IMG/VR virus record: IMGVR_UViG_3300037042_003932
Location: 1-64,000 of that record
DNA: 64,000 bases
DNA from: a virus
Reading direction: 5' to 3' (one strand)
Numbering within the stretch: position 1 is the stretch's first letter; each line of letters starts with the position of its first letter. A program made the translations under genes and the position numbers. Below, piece by piece: positions 1-9,661 of the stretch. The notes under the pieces were generated by a model. The model ran no database searches and had not been told where the DNA came from. It saw nothing but the letters and a program-made list of their open reading frames with translations.

Positions 1-166
1 GGTCAGCTTGAATGCGGCCAAACTGATTGTCCGAGATAACCACGGTTCCAGTCGTACCTGGAAGAACCGTCAGGATAAATGGACCTTCAGTCGGAAAATT
101 GTCCTGCAAAATGACAGTGCCCTTGTTGCTGGCGACTGTCACTGCCAAGGTGTACATCGTAGACAT
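1..166 (-). CDS. Virion structural protein (3'-truncated by window edge), paralog of 248..1099
   Basis: Not in ORF track. AAGGAGG RBS then ATG at 166; reads MSTMYTLAVTVASNKGTVILQDNFPTEGPFILTV..., matching VIQDQFPTEGPLVLEV of the upstream gene. Confidence 0.7.
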   Translation of the reverse strand, partial: MSTMYTLAVTVASNKGTVILQDNFPTEGPFILTVLPGTTGTVVISDNQFGRIQAD

Positions 167-214
167 GCGGTATCCTCCTTATAGGATCTTGATCGATACG
201 CTAAAGTGTAGGGT

Positions 215-225
215 TTACGGCGTAA
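215..225. repeat. Palindromic motif TTACGGCGTAA (dispersed TACGSCGTA family)
   Basis: Intergenic copy; family core starts at 216, 5737, 13608, 15694, 19296, 36631, 38431, 42731. Confidence 0.55.
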
Positions 226-247
226 GAATGGAAGAGGATCGGAAGAA

Positions 248-1099
248 TTACGCGTTGGTTGTCACGACAGTGATGTTGGACGTCTTCTCACCCGAGCGCA
301 GTTTGATCTTCGCGTAGCCGTTATCGGCTGCGAGGGTACCGAGGTTCGGAGTGGTGATGGTCAGCTTGTCCGTGGGGCTCGCGGAGATGTCGAGCGCGGT
401 AACCGTGCAAGCCAGACCGCAACAAGACACGGTTAGACCAGAGCCAGTTCCACCCGCGAGAGCGGTCTCAGCCTGGAGAGCGACGTTACCAGCGCCGTTA
501 CCGCCAGCCGCAGCAATGAACACTGGGCCAGCCGTAACGCTGTTGTTGATAGCTGCGGTAACGAGAGTTGCGGTGTGCGCGGCTCCACCGAAGTCCACGA
601 CGAGGTCGCTGCCGGTGAGAACTGCCGCGAGACCACCACCACCAGTGTCGACTGCCGAAACGGTGTAGTCATTGCCATCTTGGCCAGGGAGAATTGACCG
701 AACCACAACGCCTGTGTTCGCAGCAGCGCCAGTAACGAATAGGTCCGCATGCGCGCATACCTGGCCAGCGACGAGGTTGTAGCCGTAGAGAACACAGCCA
801 GTCTCACCACCAATGGTGATGGACTCACTCGCAGAGTAGATGTCAGGGAGACCTGCGAGGTCCGACTCCTGAATCCAGGTCTGGTTTCCGCTGATAGCCG
901 TCAGGGTGAAGGTGATCGCGCCAGCCTCAAAGAGGCTCTGAATCTGAGAGGCGATCCGGCCCAACTGAGTGAAGGACAGGTTGATTGTCGCGGTAGCGTT
1001 GGTAGCCACTTCCAAGACGAGGGGACCCTCGGTCGGGAATTGGTCTTGAATGACAACAGGACCGCCGCCAACGGGCGTAGTAACGGAAAGCTTTAGCAT
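248..1099 (-). CDS. Putative virion structural protein (G/A/T-rich, beta-rich)
   Basis: 283 aa ORF with GAGGT RBS; composition and a segment PGQDGNDYTVS..TAAIN..LAGG resembling sheath or decoration subdomains; sits in the structural module. Confidence 0.55.
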   Translation of the reverse strand: MLKLSVTTPVGGGPVVIQDQFPTEGPLVLEVATNATATINLSFTQLGRIASQIQSLFEAGAITFTLTAISGNQTWIQESDLAGLPDIYSASESITIGGETGCVLYGYNLVAGQVCAHADLFVTGAAANTGVVVRSILPGQDGNDYTVSAVDTGGGGLAAVLTGSDLVVDFGGAAHTATLVTAAINNSVTAGPVFIAAAGGNGAGNVALQAETALAGGTGSGLTVSCCGLACTVTALDISASPTDKLTITTPNLGTLAADNGYAKIKLRSGEKTSNITVVTTNA

Positions 1100-1185
1100 T
1101 TTTCTACCTCGTCTTGGTTATCGGAACTCCACGTCCCGAGATGTGCTAACACGTTGTTTGAATTATAGGTTGTGTCAAGGCAAAA

Positions 1186-1212
1186 TAGAAGCTGCTCCTT
1201 AGGCAGCTCCTA
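1186..1212 (-). terminator. Probable intrinsic terminator
   Basis: Inverted repeat TAGAAGCTGC / GCAGCTCCTA followed on the minus strand by TTTT, just downstream of 1231..1449. Confidence 0.55.
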
Positions 1213-1230
1213 CTCGTTGGGCCAGGAAAT

Positions 1231-1449
1231 CTACACGTTGTCTCCTATGAGACGCGTGTAGACCTTCTCAGCCTGGACCAAGACGTTGAGAGGTAGTGAT
1301 ACGCTTCGAGTACCCTCCATGTACTCTTCTGCATGTCTGAAGACATTAGCCGCATGAATAGCAGCTTCGCTGTCTTCTGCGTCCAGTTTCCTAGACGTTA
1401 CTAATTTTGTGAGACGCCCCGCCAATACACCATGTCTCTCGAGTGGCAT
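1231..1449 (-). CDS. Small hypothetical protein
   Basis: 72 aa; strong AGGAGGTG RBS; TGGTATAAG element upstream and terminator downstream, so it looks like a stand-alone unit. Confidence 0.7.
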   Translation of the reverse strand: MPLERHGVLAGRLTKLVTSRKLDAEDSEAAIHAANVFRHAEEYMEGTRSVSLPLNVLVQAEKVYTRLIGDNV

Positions 1450-1474
1450 TTTTTCATCACCTCCTGATTAAGTG

Positions 1475-1483
1475 CTTATACCA
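1475..1483 (-). promoter_or_regulatory. Candidate promoter element TGGTATAAG
   Basis: Extended -10-like motif about 25 nt before a start codon; same core at 31684 and 62270. Confidence 0.45.
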
Positions 1484-1516
1484 AAATATCGAGACTACTT
1501 ATGAATGATGCATGCG

Positions 1517-3058
1517 TTATGCGCCAATAGCAACACGTACACTTTTGACCGGTGTGATCAAAGAAGTGATGGTGGAATTGAATCCGCCGGGTGAAGGAGC
1601 CATAGCAGGACCTGATGGACCCCAAGCAGTCGAGTGCGTGTGCGAATCGAGCAGGGTTATCAGCTGAGTCATGAGGATTTGCCACTTCAAAAACAGCATA
1701 GCGAAGTCGGTTGACGGATTCTTCCCTGAGGCATCAGCACTAATCCAAGGGCCTGCAGGCACACACCCCAAACCAATCGAGTTTGGAAGCGTTGTGTTCA
1801 AAGCGACGGCGCATTGTATAGCTGGAGGAGACGCTAGATCCCGACAGTTCTCTCCCAGCACAATGGTGCCGTTGTAAGCAAACACATTGAACCCCGGCAG
1901 CGCCGAGGGCACAGCACCATCACGAGGGTCTCCAACTATGAACGTCGCATTTCCGTTTACGATGTGCGCCTCATACGCGAGGTTGGTGGGCAATGCGTCT
2001 TTTGGAGACCCACCCGTTAGCACTTGTTTGAACATTCCACCGATGTTCAAGACTTTGTCTCGGTTAACAACTTCGACACAATCAACACCCACAGTGGTAG
2101 CGTGAGACCCTGAGTACGTTTGGTCTGTGCTTCCTTCACATTCGAGATAATGAGACCCCGCAATAAACGTAGATACCCCACCCTCATAACGATATGTCTG
2201 GTCTCCACCAACGAAGTGTGCGGCGCTTCCAGCGGTAAATGCGCTGAAACTCCTAGCTCCATAAAACTCCACACTCCCATCGCTCGTGAACTTAGCCTGC
2301 GACATGAGCTTGTTGTCGTTAGTAGTCACACGCATATCGAACATCTTACCGACGTCGCCGATGTCTACATGGAAGGTCCAGTTCTTTTGAGCTCCTCCGG
2401 TTTGCGACACCTGGTCAGGTCCACCACGGAACGAGCAGTTGCTCCTACCGTTGTTGTTCGTAACGCGGAATTCACCAAATGAGCTGAAATTCTCATAGTT
2501 TTCGGATACTACCCTGACTAGGTCGTGGTATCCGAGCGTCATGATTTGGGCTCTCTCAGACCCGTACAGCTTTGATATTTTACCGCGTAAGGCCGCAACG
2601 TAGTTTCCGTCAGGACTTACGAGAGCTGTGTCACCCGGAACCATTCCTTTTGGGTAATACGACGTTGTGCTGTTAGAACCAGAACCTTCCGCGACATTCC
2701 CTGATGATATTGTCGAGAACGTGGGTGCTGTCGTCGGGACGTTACTTGGAGAGGCTCCTTTAGGTTGTGACCCTACGATACGAGGAAACCCCAAAGAGAA
2801 ATCAACGATCACGGGGATCGAGGTATCCGGGGCCTGGCACAAACCAGTAGCTGCAGATTGGAACGGGACGTTCTTGTAGAAACTTCCGTTCTTTCTTCCT
2901 GCTGTCTTTTGTCCTTCAGTTTTTACGTCACACGTATTCGTGTTGGGATCATACTTGAGAATGATCCCTAACGTTTGACCTACAGGAAAAGGATTTGTCG
3001 TGAACGCGTTGCCACGACGAAGAGCTTCTTGCTGCGGAGTATTAGAGGTGTATGCCAT
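1517..3058 (-). CDS. Baseplate central spike (gp5/gpV-like)
   Basis: N-terminal OB-like region, beta-helix-like repeats (VGGDQTY..GGVSTFIAGSH..), C-terminal HTH (HxH) metal-tip motif; adjacent to tail tube. Confidence 0.65.
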   Translation of the reverse strand: MAYTSNTPQQEALRRGNAFTTNPFPVGQTLGIILKYDPNTNTCDVKTEGQKTAGRKNGSFYKNVPFQSAATGLCQAPDTSIPVIVDFSLGFPRIVGSQPKGASPSNVPTTAPTFSTISSGNVAEGSGSNSTTSYYPKGMVPGDTALVSPDGNYVAALRGKISKLYGSERAQIMTLGYHDLVRVVSENYENFSSFGEFRVTNNNGRSNCSFRGGPDQVSQTGGAQKNWTFHVDIGDVGKMFDMRVTTNDNKLMSQAKFTSDGSVEFYGARSFSAFTAGSAAHFVGGDQTYRYEGGVSTFIAGSHYLECEGSTDQTYSGSHATTVGVDCVEVVNRDKVLNIGGMFKQVLTGGSPKDALPTNLAYEAHIVNGNATFIVGDPRDGAVPSALPGFNVFAYNGTIVLGENCRDLASPPAIQCAVALNTTLPNSIGLGCVPAGPWISADASGKNPSTDFAMLFLKWQILMTQLITLLDSHTHSTAWGPSGPAMAPSPGGFNSTITSLITPVKSVRVAIGA

Positions 3059-3080
3059 GCCTTAAGCATAGCATATCAGA

Positions 3081-3836
3081 CTAGAAATCGTCACCGTAAC
3101 CAGTCTGCCAGCTTCCGTCCTCTGGAGACTGATTTCCAGCAGCGCCAGTGAAGCCGATGACTTCGTCGAGCGTGGCGCGTGGGACAGTTCCCGAGGTCAG
3201 AGCAGTGGTGTAGAACGGCATGAGCCGGTCACACATACCACCGACATCCTCAAGGACCATATTCTGTCCCGAGGTGAACCCGAGGGTGTAGGTGCTGATC
3301 ATCGAGAGCTCAACGTAGAACGAACCGATAGTGGCGTGGGTCTTGTCTTTGAAGATGACACCCAGACCAAACGGAACGTAGAAGAGCTCCGAATCCAAGT
3401 TGCAGAAGAACAGGGTGTTGGAGCTACCACCCTCGGGAACAGTCGGATCGTCGAACTGCTCCACGGGGACGCCGCCAGAGACGGCGTTGTGGTAGAGGAT
3501 GCGCAGAAGGTTCCTTCCGTTGGCCAAGAGTCGGCCAATCCGCCACGTCGTCATGCTCTTTCCAGAGACGAAGAACGAGCGGCCAGAACCGATAGCCTGC
3601 ATGGGCTGTGTCGGTTTCTGACTGGAAATTTGGAACGTCTGGAGCATACCGATGGCCAGCACGCTGTTCCATCCCGAGGTAGACTGGATAGCTACACTCG
3701 AGAAACGCGGTGGACCAGCCAGTACCAGAGTGTCGTCTGGGTGAGCAGCCGTATACGCCGAGTTGTCCATGAGACGCTCGACGTTATTCTTCTGCGTCTT
3801 CCAGCTTGAAATTCCCTTAGTTACTCCGAGTGTCAT
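3081..3836 (-). CDS. Tail tube protein
   Basis: 251 aa downstream of the sheath; IGMLQTFQISSQKPTQPMQAIGSGRSFFV pattern typical of contractile tail tubes. Confidence 0.7.
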   Translation of the reverse strand: MTLGVTKGISSWKTQKNNVERLMDNSAYTAAHPDDTLVLAGPPRFSSVAIQSTSGWNSVLAIGMLQTFQISSQKPTQPMQAIGSGRSFFVSGKSMTTWRIGRLLANGRNLLRILYHNAVSGGVPVEQFDDPTVPEGGSSNTLFFCNLDSELFYVPFGLGVIFKDKTHATIGSFYVELSMISTYTLGFTSGQNMVLEDVGGMCDRLMPFYTTALTSGTVPRATLDEVIGFTGAAGNQSPEDGSWQTGYGDDF

Positions 3837-3850
3837 GACGTGTGACTCCT

Positions 3851-4180
3851 CTAATTCGTCGGAATGGCACTAGCGCCGATCATAGCAGTTTGCGTCCAGG
3901 GAGAGGTGAAAGCTTTGTACGCTTTCCCCAACATGCCTGGTTTTTTGGTAACCTGCTCTGCAGCCTGCTGACCAGCTTGTTGAACGCCCTTATTACCGAA
4001 CATACCCCGGACAGCGCCTACTCCTTTTTGGAGGAGACCCATCCCGCCTTTGGCTATTGCGCCAATGAACGGAAGGGCTTCCTTCTGAAGAGATGCTTGT
4101 TTCGAGGTAATGAGACCGAGGGCTACGAGGGTATCCTCGTAACCCTGGTCAAAGGCTTGCTTAGATAATGCCGAGTGCAT
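3851..4180 (-). CDS. Small K-x-A-tagged glycine-rich protein (putative internal head or ejection protein)
   Basis: KQA, KQA, KEA motifs; FDQGYEDTLVALGL helix; amphipathic Gly-rich remainder. Confidence 0.55.
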   Translation of the reverse strand: MHSALSKQAFDQGYEDTLVALGLITSKQASLQKEALPFIGAIAKGGMGLLQKGVGAVRGMFGNKGVQQAGQQAAEQVTKKPGMLGKAYKAFTSPWTQTAMIGASAIPTN

Positions 4181-6912
4181 TATGCCACCAAGTGAAGCCC
4201 GATGACATTGAGTGTCATAGGCTGTCTCACGCTGATGTAAGCTTCGACACGGTCTTCGCTGATGTCGCTCTCCGCAACAGAGTCAATCGTTGCGCTGATG
4301 AGAGGAGCACCGATCTTAGCGACGTATCGAGACTTCAGGTTTGTGATCGTAGCAGTACACGCCTGATGAATGTACTGGATGGTGTCCGTATTGATGTTCC
4401 ACTTGCCCAAGAAGTCTCGAATCGTTCCGAGGAACGTCAGCGAGATGAAGTCGAGATTCTTGACAGCCATGTACTCACCCGTCTCCAAAGAAGTCACATC
4501 AGTAGTGACCTCATGGATAGTGTACGGCTGCGAGGAAGTGGTGTCTTGCACGAACACGTAAACACCACCGTTGGACAGGTCAGTGAGCTGCTCCTCGGTG
4601 AAGTAGTCACTCGCGTAGTAGACACGCGAGATACCGATACCCGAGAGGTTCGTGAAGCCTTGCTGTGAGGGCTGACCTGCCGTCTGGCCACCGACGATGC
4701 ATGACAGGTAGTAACCCGGCTGGTGTCCTGCCGTCGCTTTGACTGTGGGAGACGTCCGCGTCAGACTGCCGTCAACCAGACCCGTGACGTCGCAGGAGTG
4801 TGGGTAGCACAAGAGCGTTCGCTTCGACGCGAACCCCTGAGCAATCGACAGCATGTTGGTGACTTGCTCGGACTTGACCATGTTCCGGAGAACCCGGATG
4901 AACACCTGACCTGCGGTGACAACTCGATCCGTAGCGGCTGTCCGCTTGACGAGATGCGGAAGCTCGTTCGACACCGTGGAAGTGTTGCTGCCCTCGTTGA
5001 CCACACGCAGACGCGTGGTGCTCTCAACCAGGGAGACAACCCAAGAGTCATACGTGGTCCACGTATTCACCTCAGGGTCAGTTGGGATCTGGATGATGTC
5101 ACCCGGAACAACGTTCGCGAAGCTGGCTGTCGGAACAGTGATGACATTGTACAGAGCGTCGAGGGCCGCGTTCGCAATCGAGAACGTGGTACCTGTTCCG
5201 ACGTTGGACAACTCCACCGTCATCCTCTTCACAGCAGTAGCCCCAACGTAGATGTTGAGCTTACTGGAAGCGTTGAGGGTCAAAGTACTCGTGACGCTCG
5301 TCTCGATCTCACAGGCAGTCGCGCTGTTGACGTGCGCGACCACATACGTAGCGGTTCCACCGGCATGGATGACTACAATGTTGTCGCCAGGCAGCACACC
5401 GTCAGCCGAGAGGTCGTAATGCTGACCAGCATCAGCAGTGACCGTGAACGTTTTCGTTCCCGAGGGAGCACTGCCTACCTGTTGCGAAACGGTTCCGCCA
5501 CCGATAGCAGCCACGACCTCTTTTTGGGTCGCGAGCTCGAGGGCACCAATGACAGCCCTGAACTTCTGCTTGACGCCGTTGTCCAAGCAGTACGTGGGGT
5601 CTGCGTAGTTCTCAGCCATCAGCTTGATAGCACCGATGATCGAGGTGTCGTACGTCAGAGGGACGATAGCGTACACGTCTCTCTCGGCGCTAATGCGATC
5701 CAAGAAGTCACCGTAGCCCGCGATGTCATCCGACGCTACGCCGTAAACTCGAACCTTGGTCGTTGTGTTCTGTTTCGCAACAGACGCTCCGACGTGCAAC
5801 GGGTTACGTGCGTCGTACTTTCCGAGATACGTGGTGAGGTCGACAGTGTTCTCGATATCCGTGATGTTCTGGAGGTCTTGGCGCAGAGCCATGTACTCCA
5901 TGTAGATGTTGGCGGCAGTAATTCTTACTGTCGTGGCAACACCTTGGACCATAACGCTGTCAGAGAGGTTACCGTCTACCGTGACAATTTTGGTCTCGGA
6001 GTCGACTGAGTAATCACCCGCGTCTAGCTCCAGGTCGTCCAACTGACGCTCTATGCGCCAGAGGCGATAAGCGGCTGTCGCGCTGTTCGCAACCGCGAAA
6101 TCCACAGTGGTTCGCAAGTGACACTCGTCACGAAGACCGATGGCGCTGCCCGTGGTTGAATCGTAGCGCACTGTCCCGTCAGGAGCAGTGATAACCATGT
6201 GAGCGTTTGCCGAAGTACCGACGAGGTTCGAAGCTCCCGTAGGCTCGAGCTCGATGGCAAGAGCAACGGAAGAACCGTTCTCCACGTACTTCTTCTTCAC
6301 GATGTAGGTGCCGTTACGAGGAACTGACGCAGCGTCACTCGTGATCGTAATGGTGTCCCCGGTGTCCGTTCCAACCGAATCATGGTTGGGAGCAGAATCA
6401 GTTGACCGAAGAACGTACACGAGTTCTTTCACGGTACCGACGATGTCCGAAGTAGACGTGGGGTTTCCTTGGTTCGCGATGACCTTGTCCCCCGCTTGGA
6501 CTCCCAACCTATTCATGTTGTAGGTAATGGAAGTCACGTCGGTACCACGGAACAAGTTGTCATTGGCCCAGAACGTAGCCAAGCCATCTGCTTGAGCGAC
6601 CTCGTCGGTGATTTCCTTCATCGCAACGCGGTAGTTGTCGAAGAAGATTTTGACGCTGTCGTCTTTCAAAATGGCACCCGCTGCGAGCTCTGGGGGTGTC
6701 AGAATGTCGACGGCAGTGGTGGTAACGATTGGGTTGTTAGAATCAGCGTCACTCCCGTAGGTATCGGCGTAACAGTCCGTCTTGTCATCAAGGTAATCAA
6801 GGATTTGGTAACACGGACCAACGACGAGAACATTCAGGTCAGGGATGGTCGGAGTAACCGAAAATTCCGCGTACTCTTGGAAGACAATCGCATTTGGTCT
6901 TGTGAGGGCCAT
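4180..6912 (-). CDS. Tail sheath protein
   Basis: 910 aa; N-terminal RPNAIVFQE; C-terminal GFTNL..FTEEQLTDLSNGGVYVF..EVTTD..KNLDFIS sheath-like domain; upstream of tube. Confidence 0.8.
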   Translation of the reverse strand: MALTRPNAIVFQEYAEFSVTPTIPDLNVLVVGPCYQILDYLDDKTDCYADTYGSDADSNNPIVTTTAVDILTPPELAAGAILKDDSVKIFFDNYRVAMKEITDEVAQADGLATFWANDNLFRGTDVTSITYNMNRLGVQAGDKVIANQGNPTSTSDIVGTVKELVYVLRSTDSAPNHDSVGTDTGDTITITSDAASVPRNGTYIVKKKYVENGSSVALAIELEPTGASNLVGTSANAHMVITAPDGTVRYDSTTGSAIGLRDECHLRTTVDFAVANSATAAYRLWRIERQLDDLELDAGDYSVDSETKIVTVDGNLSDSVMVQGVATTVRITAANIYMEYMALRQDLQNITDIENTVDLTTYLGKYDARNPLHVGASVAKQNTTTKVRVYGVASDDIAGYGDFLDRISAERDVYAIVPLTYDTSIIGAIKLMAENYADPTYCLDNGVKQKFRAVIGALELATQKEVVAAIGGGTVSQQVGSAPSGTKTFTVTADAGQHYDLSADGVLPGDNIVVIHAGGTATYVVAHVNSATACEIETSVTSTLTLNASSKLNIYVGATAVKRMTVELSNVGTGTTFSIANAALDALYNVITVPTASFANVVPGDIIQIPTDPEVNTWTTYDSWVVSLVESTTRLRVVNEGSNTSTVSNELPHLVKRTAATDRVVTAGQVFIRVLRNMVKSEQVTNMLSIAQGFASKRTLLCYPHSCDVTGLVDGSLTRTSPTVKATAGHQPGYYLSCIVGGQTAGQPSQQGFTNLSGIGISRVYYASDYFTEEQLTDLSNGGVYVFVQDTTSSQPYTIHEVTTDVTSLETGEYMAVKNLDFISLTFLGTIRDFLGKWNINTDTIQYIHQACTATITNLKSRYVAKIGAPLISATIDSVAESDISEDRVEAYISVRQPMTLNVIGLHLVA

Positions 6913-6963
6913 CTTTTAGCTCCTTTACAGAGTGCACAACGATTCAGAGGAAGTATAGGGTTT

Positions 6964-7779
6964 TTACTCTCTGATTGAAGTTTGCAAAGCTACCTGTTGA
7001 TACAGGATATCCGGAGTAATACCCTGCTTCCGTATCGTCAAAGCGATGTCGTTTATCAGAGGGCCTATCGGTCGAACAGCCCAACGAAGTTCGGAGGTGA
7101 CACCAAAAGAAATAGGTGTCTTCCAAACGGTTTTGTCTTCCAGGTCGTTGTACGTCTTCCCTAAAACAGGCTCTGAGATGTCATGCAGCCCAAAGTCTTT
7201 TCGAAAGATGTCACGTGTAGCCAACAAGAAAAACCAAACAGTCTCACCAATCAGGGACGATTCTCCCGGTGTCTCGGCATCGCACTCGATCATCATCTCT
7301 GTGTTGGCAAAGCAGTAGTACCCAACGATCCCACTGGGGAGGTTGTTGCCCACGCGGTTGTCCAACGCAACTTTTTGAGCGATGGTATTCCCGTGGTCCA
7401 CGTAGATGGCAGGCTTATAGTTGTGCGTGCCCCTGTGGATATTGTATGCTGAATCGATCAAAATCTTTGTTCTGACGAGGTCTGGATTCTCTGGGTGGGG
7501 GCATTCTGCCTCAGGACGCACACTGTTGTCCCAAACCCAAGGTACCTGTTCCGTATCGACCTCGGGGTTCTCCTCGTAAGTCCCATCTTCAGGGACGTCT
7601 ATGCTTCCGCCTCCTAGAACACTTTGGGCCAACGCGCTAGCACCAAAGCGTTGGCGTATCGCGAGCATGAACAAGCCCACGATAGCCAGAGGCGTACCTG
7701 GGGCTACACGACGCGACTCTTCTTCTGCTCGTGGAAGCGCACCGTCTGCATAGTTCTTGTTTGTTACTATGAGTGACAT
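6964..7779 (-). CDS. Putative tail completion/terminator protein
   Basis: Position between neck genes and sheath; start placed at ATG 7779 (MSLIV), coupled to the upstream stop. Confidence 0.45.
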   Translation of the reverse strand: MSLIVTNKNYADGALPRAEEESRRVAPGTPLAIVGLFMLAIRQRFGASALAQSVLGGGSIDVPEDGTYEENPEVDTEQVPWVWDNSVRPEAECPHPENPDLVRTKILIDSAYNIHRGTHNYKPAIYVDHGNTIAQKVALDNRVGNNLPSGIVGYYCFANTEMMIECDAETPGESSLIGETVWFFLLATRDIFRKDFGLHDISEPVLGKTYNDLEDKTVWKTPISFGVTSELRWAVRPIGPLINDIALTIRKQGITPDILYQQVALQTSIRE

Positions 7780-8711
7780 TACGGAGTAACCCACCAACAT
7801 GGCTCATGCCACGGATCGACGTTTATCTCGTACTCAACAGCACTCGGACTCAGTTCACTGACGGACAACTCTTGGTGTACGTCTGTATCTTGAATGGTAG
7901 TCGGAAGAACTCTCGTGACGATGAACCGTTTACCACTCCTGAGAAACACTACGACATCGTCTGCATCCATGAGTGGTATATTCGCCATGATGACCTGGCG
8001 TTCTTTGGTCTCTACTAGACCTTGTATCTTCGTCGCGGTGTTCACTGCGTTCGAAGTTAGAATCGCGTATCCGTAGTGGGGAGTCTCGTAACCGCCTACG
8101 ATGGTAGTTCCGTAACATGACGGACACGACGTACGTGTACTCTTGTTGGCGATAGACACGCACAAAGGACATCGAGCTCCCCAGCTCTTCTTCTTCAAGA
8201 TGGCACACTCTAAACCCACAGCCTTGAGCGCTATCAGAGCATCCCGCACAAGCTTTCTAGCGATGCCTGCACGTCGTTGATCCATCCAGGGCTCAAGGTT
8301 CTTTATTACGCTCGTTATAAGCGTTGGATTACCTGGAGGGTCTTCTGGTGGATCAGGAGGGTCTGGCGGGAGCAACACTTCTATCTTGTAGTTGAGAGAT
8401 ACCTTGAGCGAGTAGAGACTCTGCTGCGTGTTGTCGACTGATGCACCAAAACTCTCATCTACGTAGTGGTAGACGTTGTCCAAGTCAGAAGCCAACAGTG
8501 TCCAAGGACCAGAAGGACCTGAAGACTTGTAAATGTTGAACCAGTAATCGGGTTCCCCCTGAGGAACGTTACGAAGTACCCACTGAACGAACACCCGCCT
8601 CGGCCATATCGGGTATACGCGTGTGACCTCGATCTCGAGGACACTCGACGTCTTGATAGGGGGTTTTTGAACCCCCTGTCTCATTGACAGAGGGACGGTG
8701 TTGTCCGTCAT
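7779..8711 (-). CDS. Putative neck/head-closure protein with zinc-binding motif
   Basis: FN3-like N-part, CPLC..CPSCYGT, C-terminal KRFIVTRV..HQEL head-closure-like strand; synteny. Confidence 0.5.
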   Translation of the reverse strand: MTDNTVPLSMRQGVQKPPIKTSSVLEIEVTRVYPIWPRRVFVQWVLRNVPQGEPDYWFNIYKSSGPSGPWTLLASDLDNVYHYVDESFGASVDNTQQSLYSLKVSLNYKIEVLLPPDPPDPPEDPPGNPTLITSVIKNLEPWMDQRRAGIARKLVRDALIALKAVGLECAILKKKSWGARCPLCVSIANKSTRTSCPSCYGTTIVGGYETPHYGYAILTSNAVNTATKIQGLVETKERQVIMANIPLMDADDVVVFLRSGKRFIVTRVLPTTIQDTDVHQELSVSELSPSAVEYEINVDPWHEPCWWVTP

Positions 8712-9175
8712 ATCGTGTACCTGCCAATATAGCGGTAGCCCGAGGATATACGCCCGTAAACGGATTCCATGTTGACCTGAGTCTTGATATTCCGCGCATG
8801 AATTTCAAACTCTTGTTGGAGTCTGTCAGCCCACGCAGAGTATTGCGCTTGTTTCTCATCGAGGTTAACAGGCGCAATATTTCCGTCTTGAGAGCGTAAC
8901 TCGTTCCGGTTCTGCCGAATACCTTCTGACCGTAACAGAATGGCGCACACACCGCAGAGCAGCATGTACTCATTCAAAGCTGTTGCAGGTTCCCAGGTAA
9001 CGGGAGTCATCGCGTTGTACTTTGATGTAGCAAAACGGATAGCTCTGTTAATGTCCGCGTCTGTGAACTCGATACCGCTTGGCAGAATGATGTTGTGCTC
9101 TGGTGTGTCACGCAGGAACCACCGTATATCTTCGGTCGTTAACGGCAACTGATTCTGCTGTAGCGTTACGGTCAT
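8708..9175 (-). CDS. Putative head-tail adaptor protein
   Basis: 155 aa helical protein (IRWFLRD..EFTDADINRAI); synteny between capsid and tail genes. Confidence 0.5.
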   Translation of the reverse strand: MTVTLQQNQLPLTTEDIRWFLRDTPEHNIILPSGIEFTDADINRAIRFATSKYNAMTPVTWEPATALNEYMLLCGVCAILLRSEGIRQNRNELRSQDGNIAPVNLDEKQAQYSAWADRLQQEFEIHARNIKTQVNMESVYGRISSGYRYIGRYTI

Positions 9176-9181
9176 GGTACC

Positions 9182-9661
9182 TCAGAGAATGTGTGTGGCC
9201 TGGGCTCGGACAACCATTAGCGTGATTGCACCTGCCGCCGTGGTGGTGACCTTCAAACTCTGATAAGGCATCACGATGAAGGGAGTACTGAAACACTTTC
9301 GTGTTTTGTTACCACCCTCAGTGGTCAACAGATTTACGTCGTACGTCCCGGAGCTGTCACTGTCGTTATGCAGAACTATTGTGTACGTTTGAGCTCCACC
9401 TAACTGAGCATGGGCCTCAAGAACAAGAACAGGGTCTGTGTCCGACAGTTTGAAAAGTCCGCCATCCGTGAGCGTCTCTTCGGTTGTGGGGGTAGCAGCT
9501 AACGCGTATCCCCAGAGACCCCCGGGGTATACTGGGACTGTTGGGTAACAGAGAGTCGGGACAGCGGTCACCGTCTTGGTCGGAGCAACACCAGTCATGG
9601 CTCCCACCGAAAGTTGACGGACGGTAATCGGGATAGGACCGGTCGTGAACAAAACGCTCAT
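9182..9661 (-). CDS. Hypothetical virion protein (beta-sandwich-like)
   Basis: 159 aa ORF, GAGG RBS, coupled within operon. Confidence 0.5.
   Translation of the reverse strand: MSVLFTTGPIPITVRQLSVGAMTGVAPTKTVTAVPTLCYPTVPVYPGGLWGYALAATPTTEETLTDGGLFKLSDTDPVLVLEAHAQLGGAQTYTIVLHNDSDSSGTYDVNLLTTEGGNKTRKCFSTPFIVMPYQSLKVTTTAAGAITLMVVRAQATHIL

Noticed and set aside
4723-6009. 428-aa plus-strand ORF
   Set aside because: Antisense shadow of the tail sheath gene
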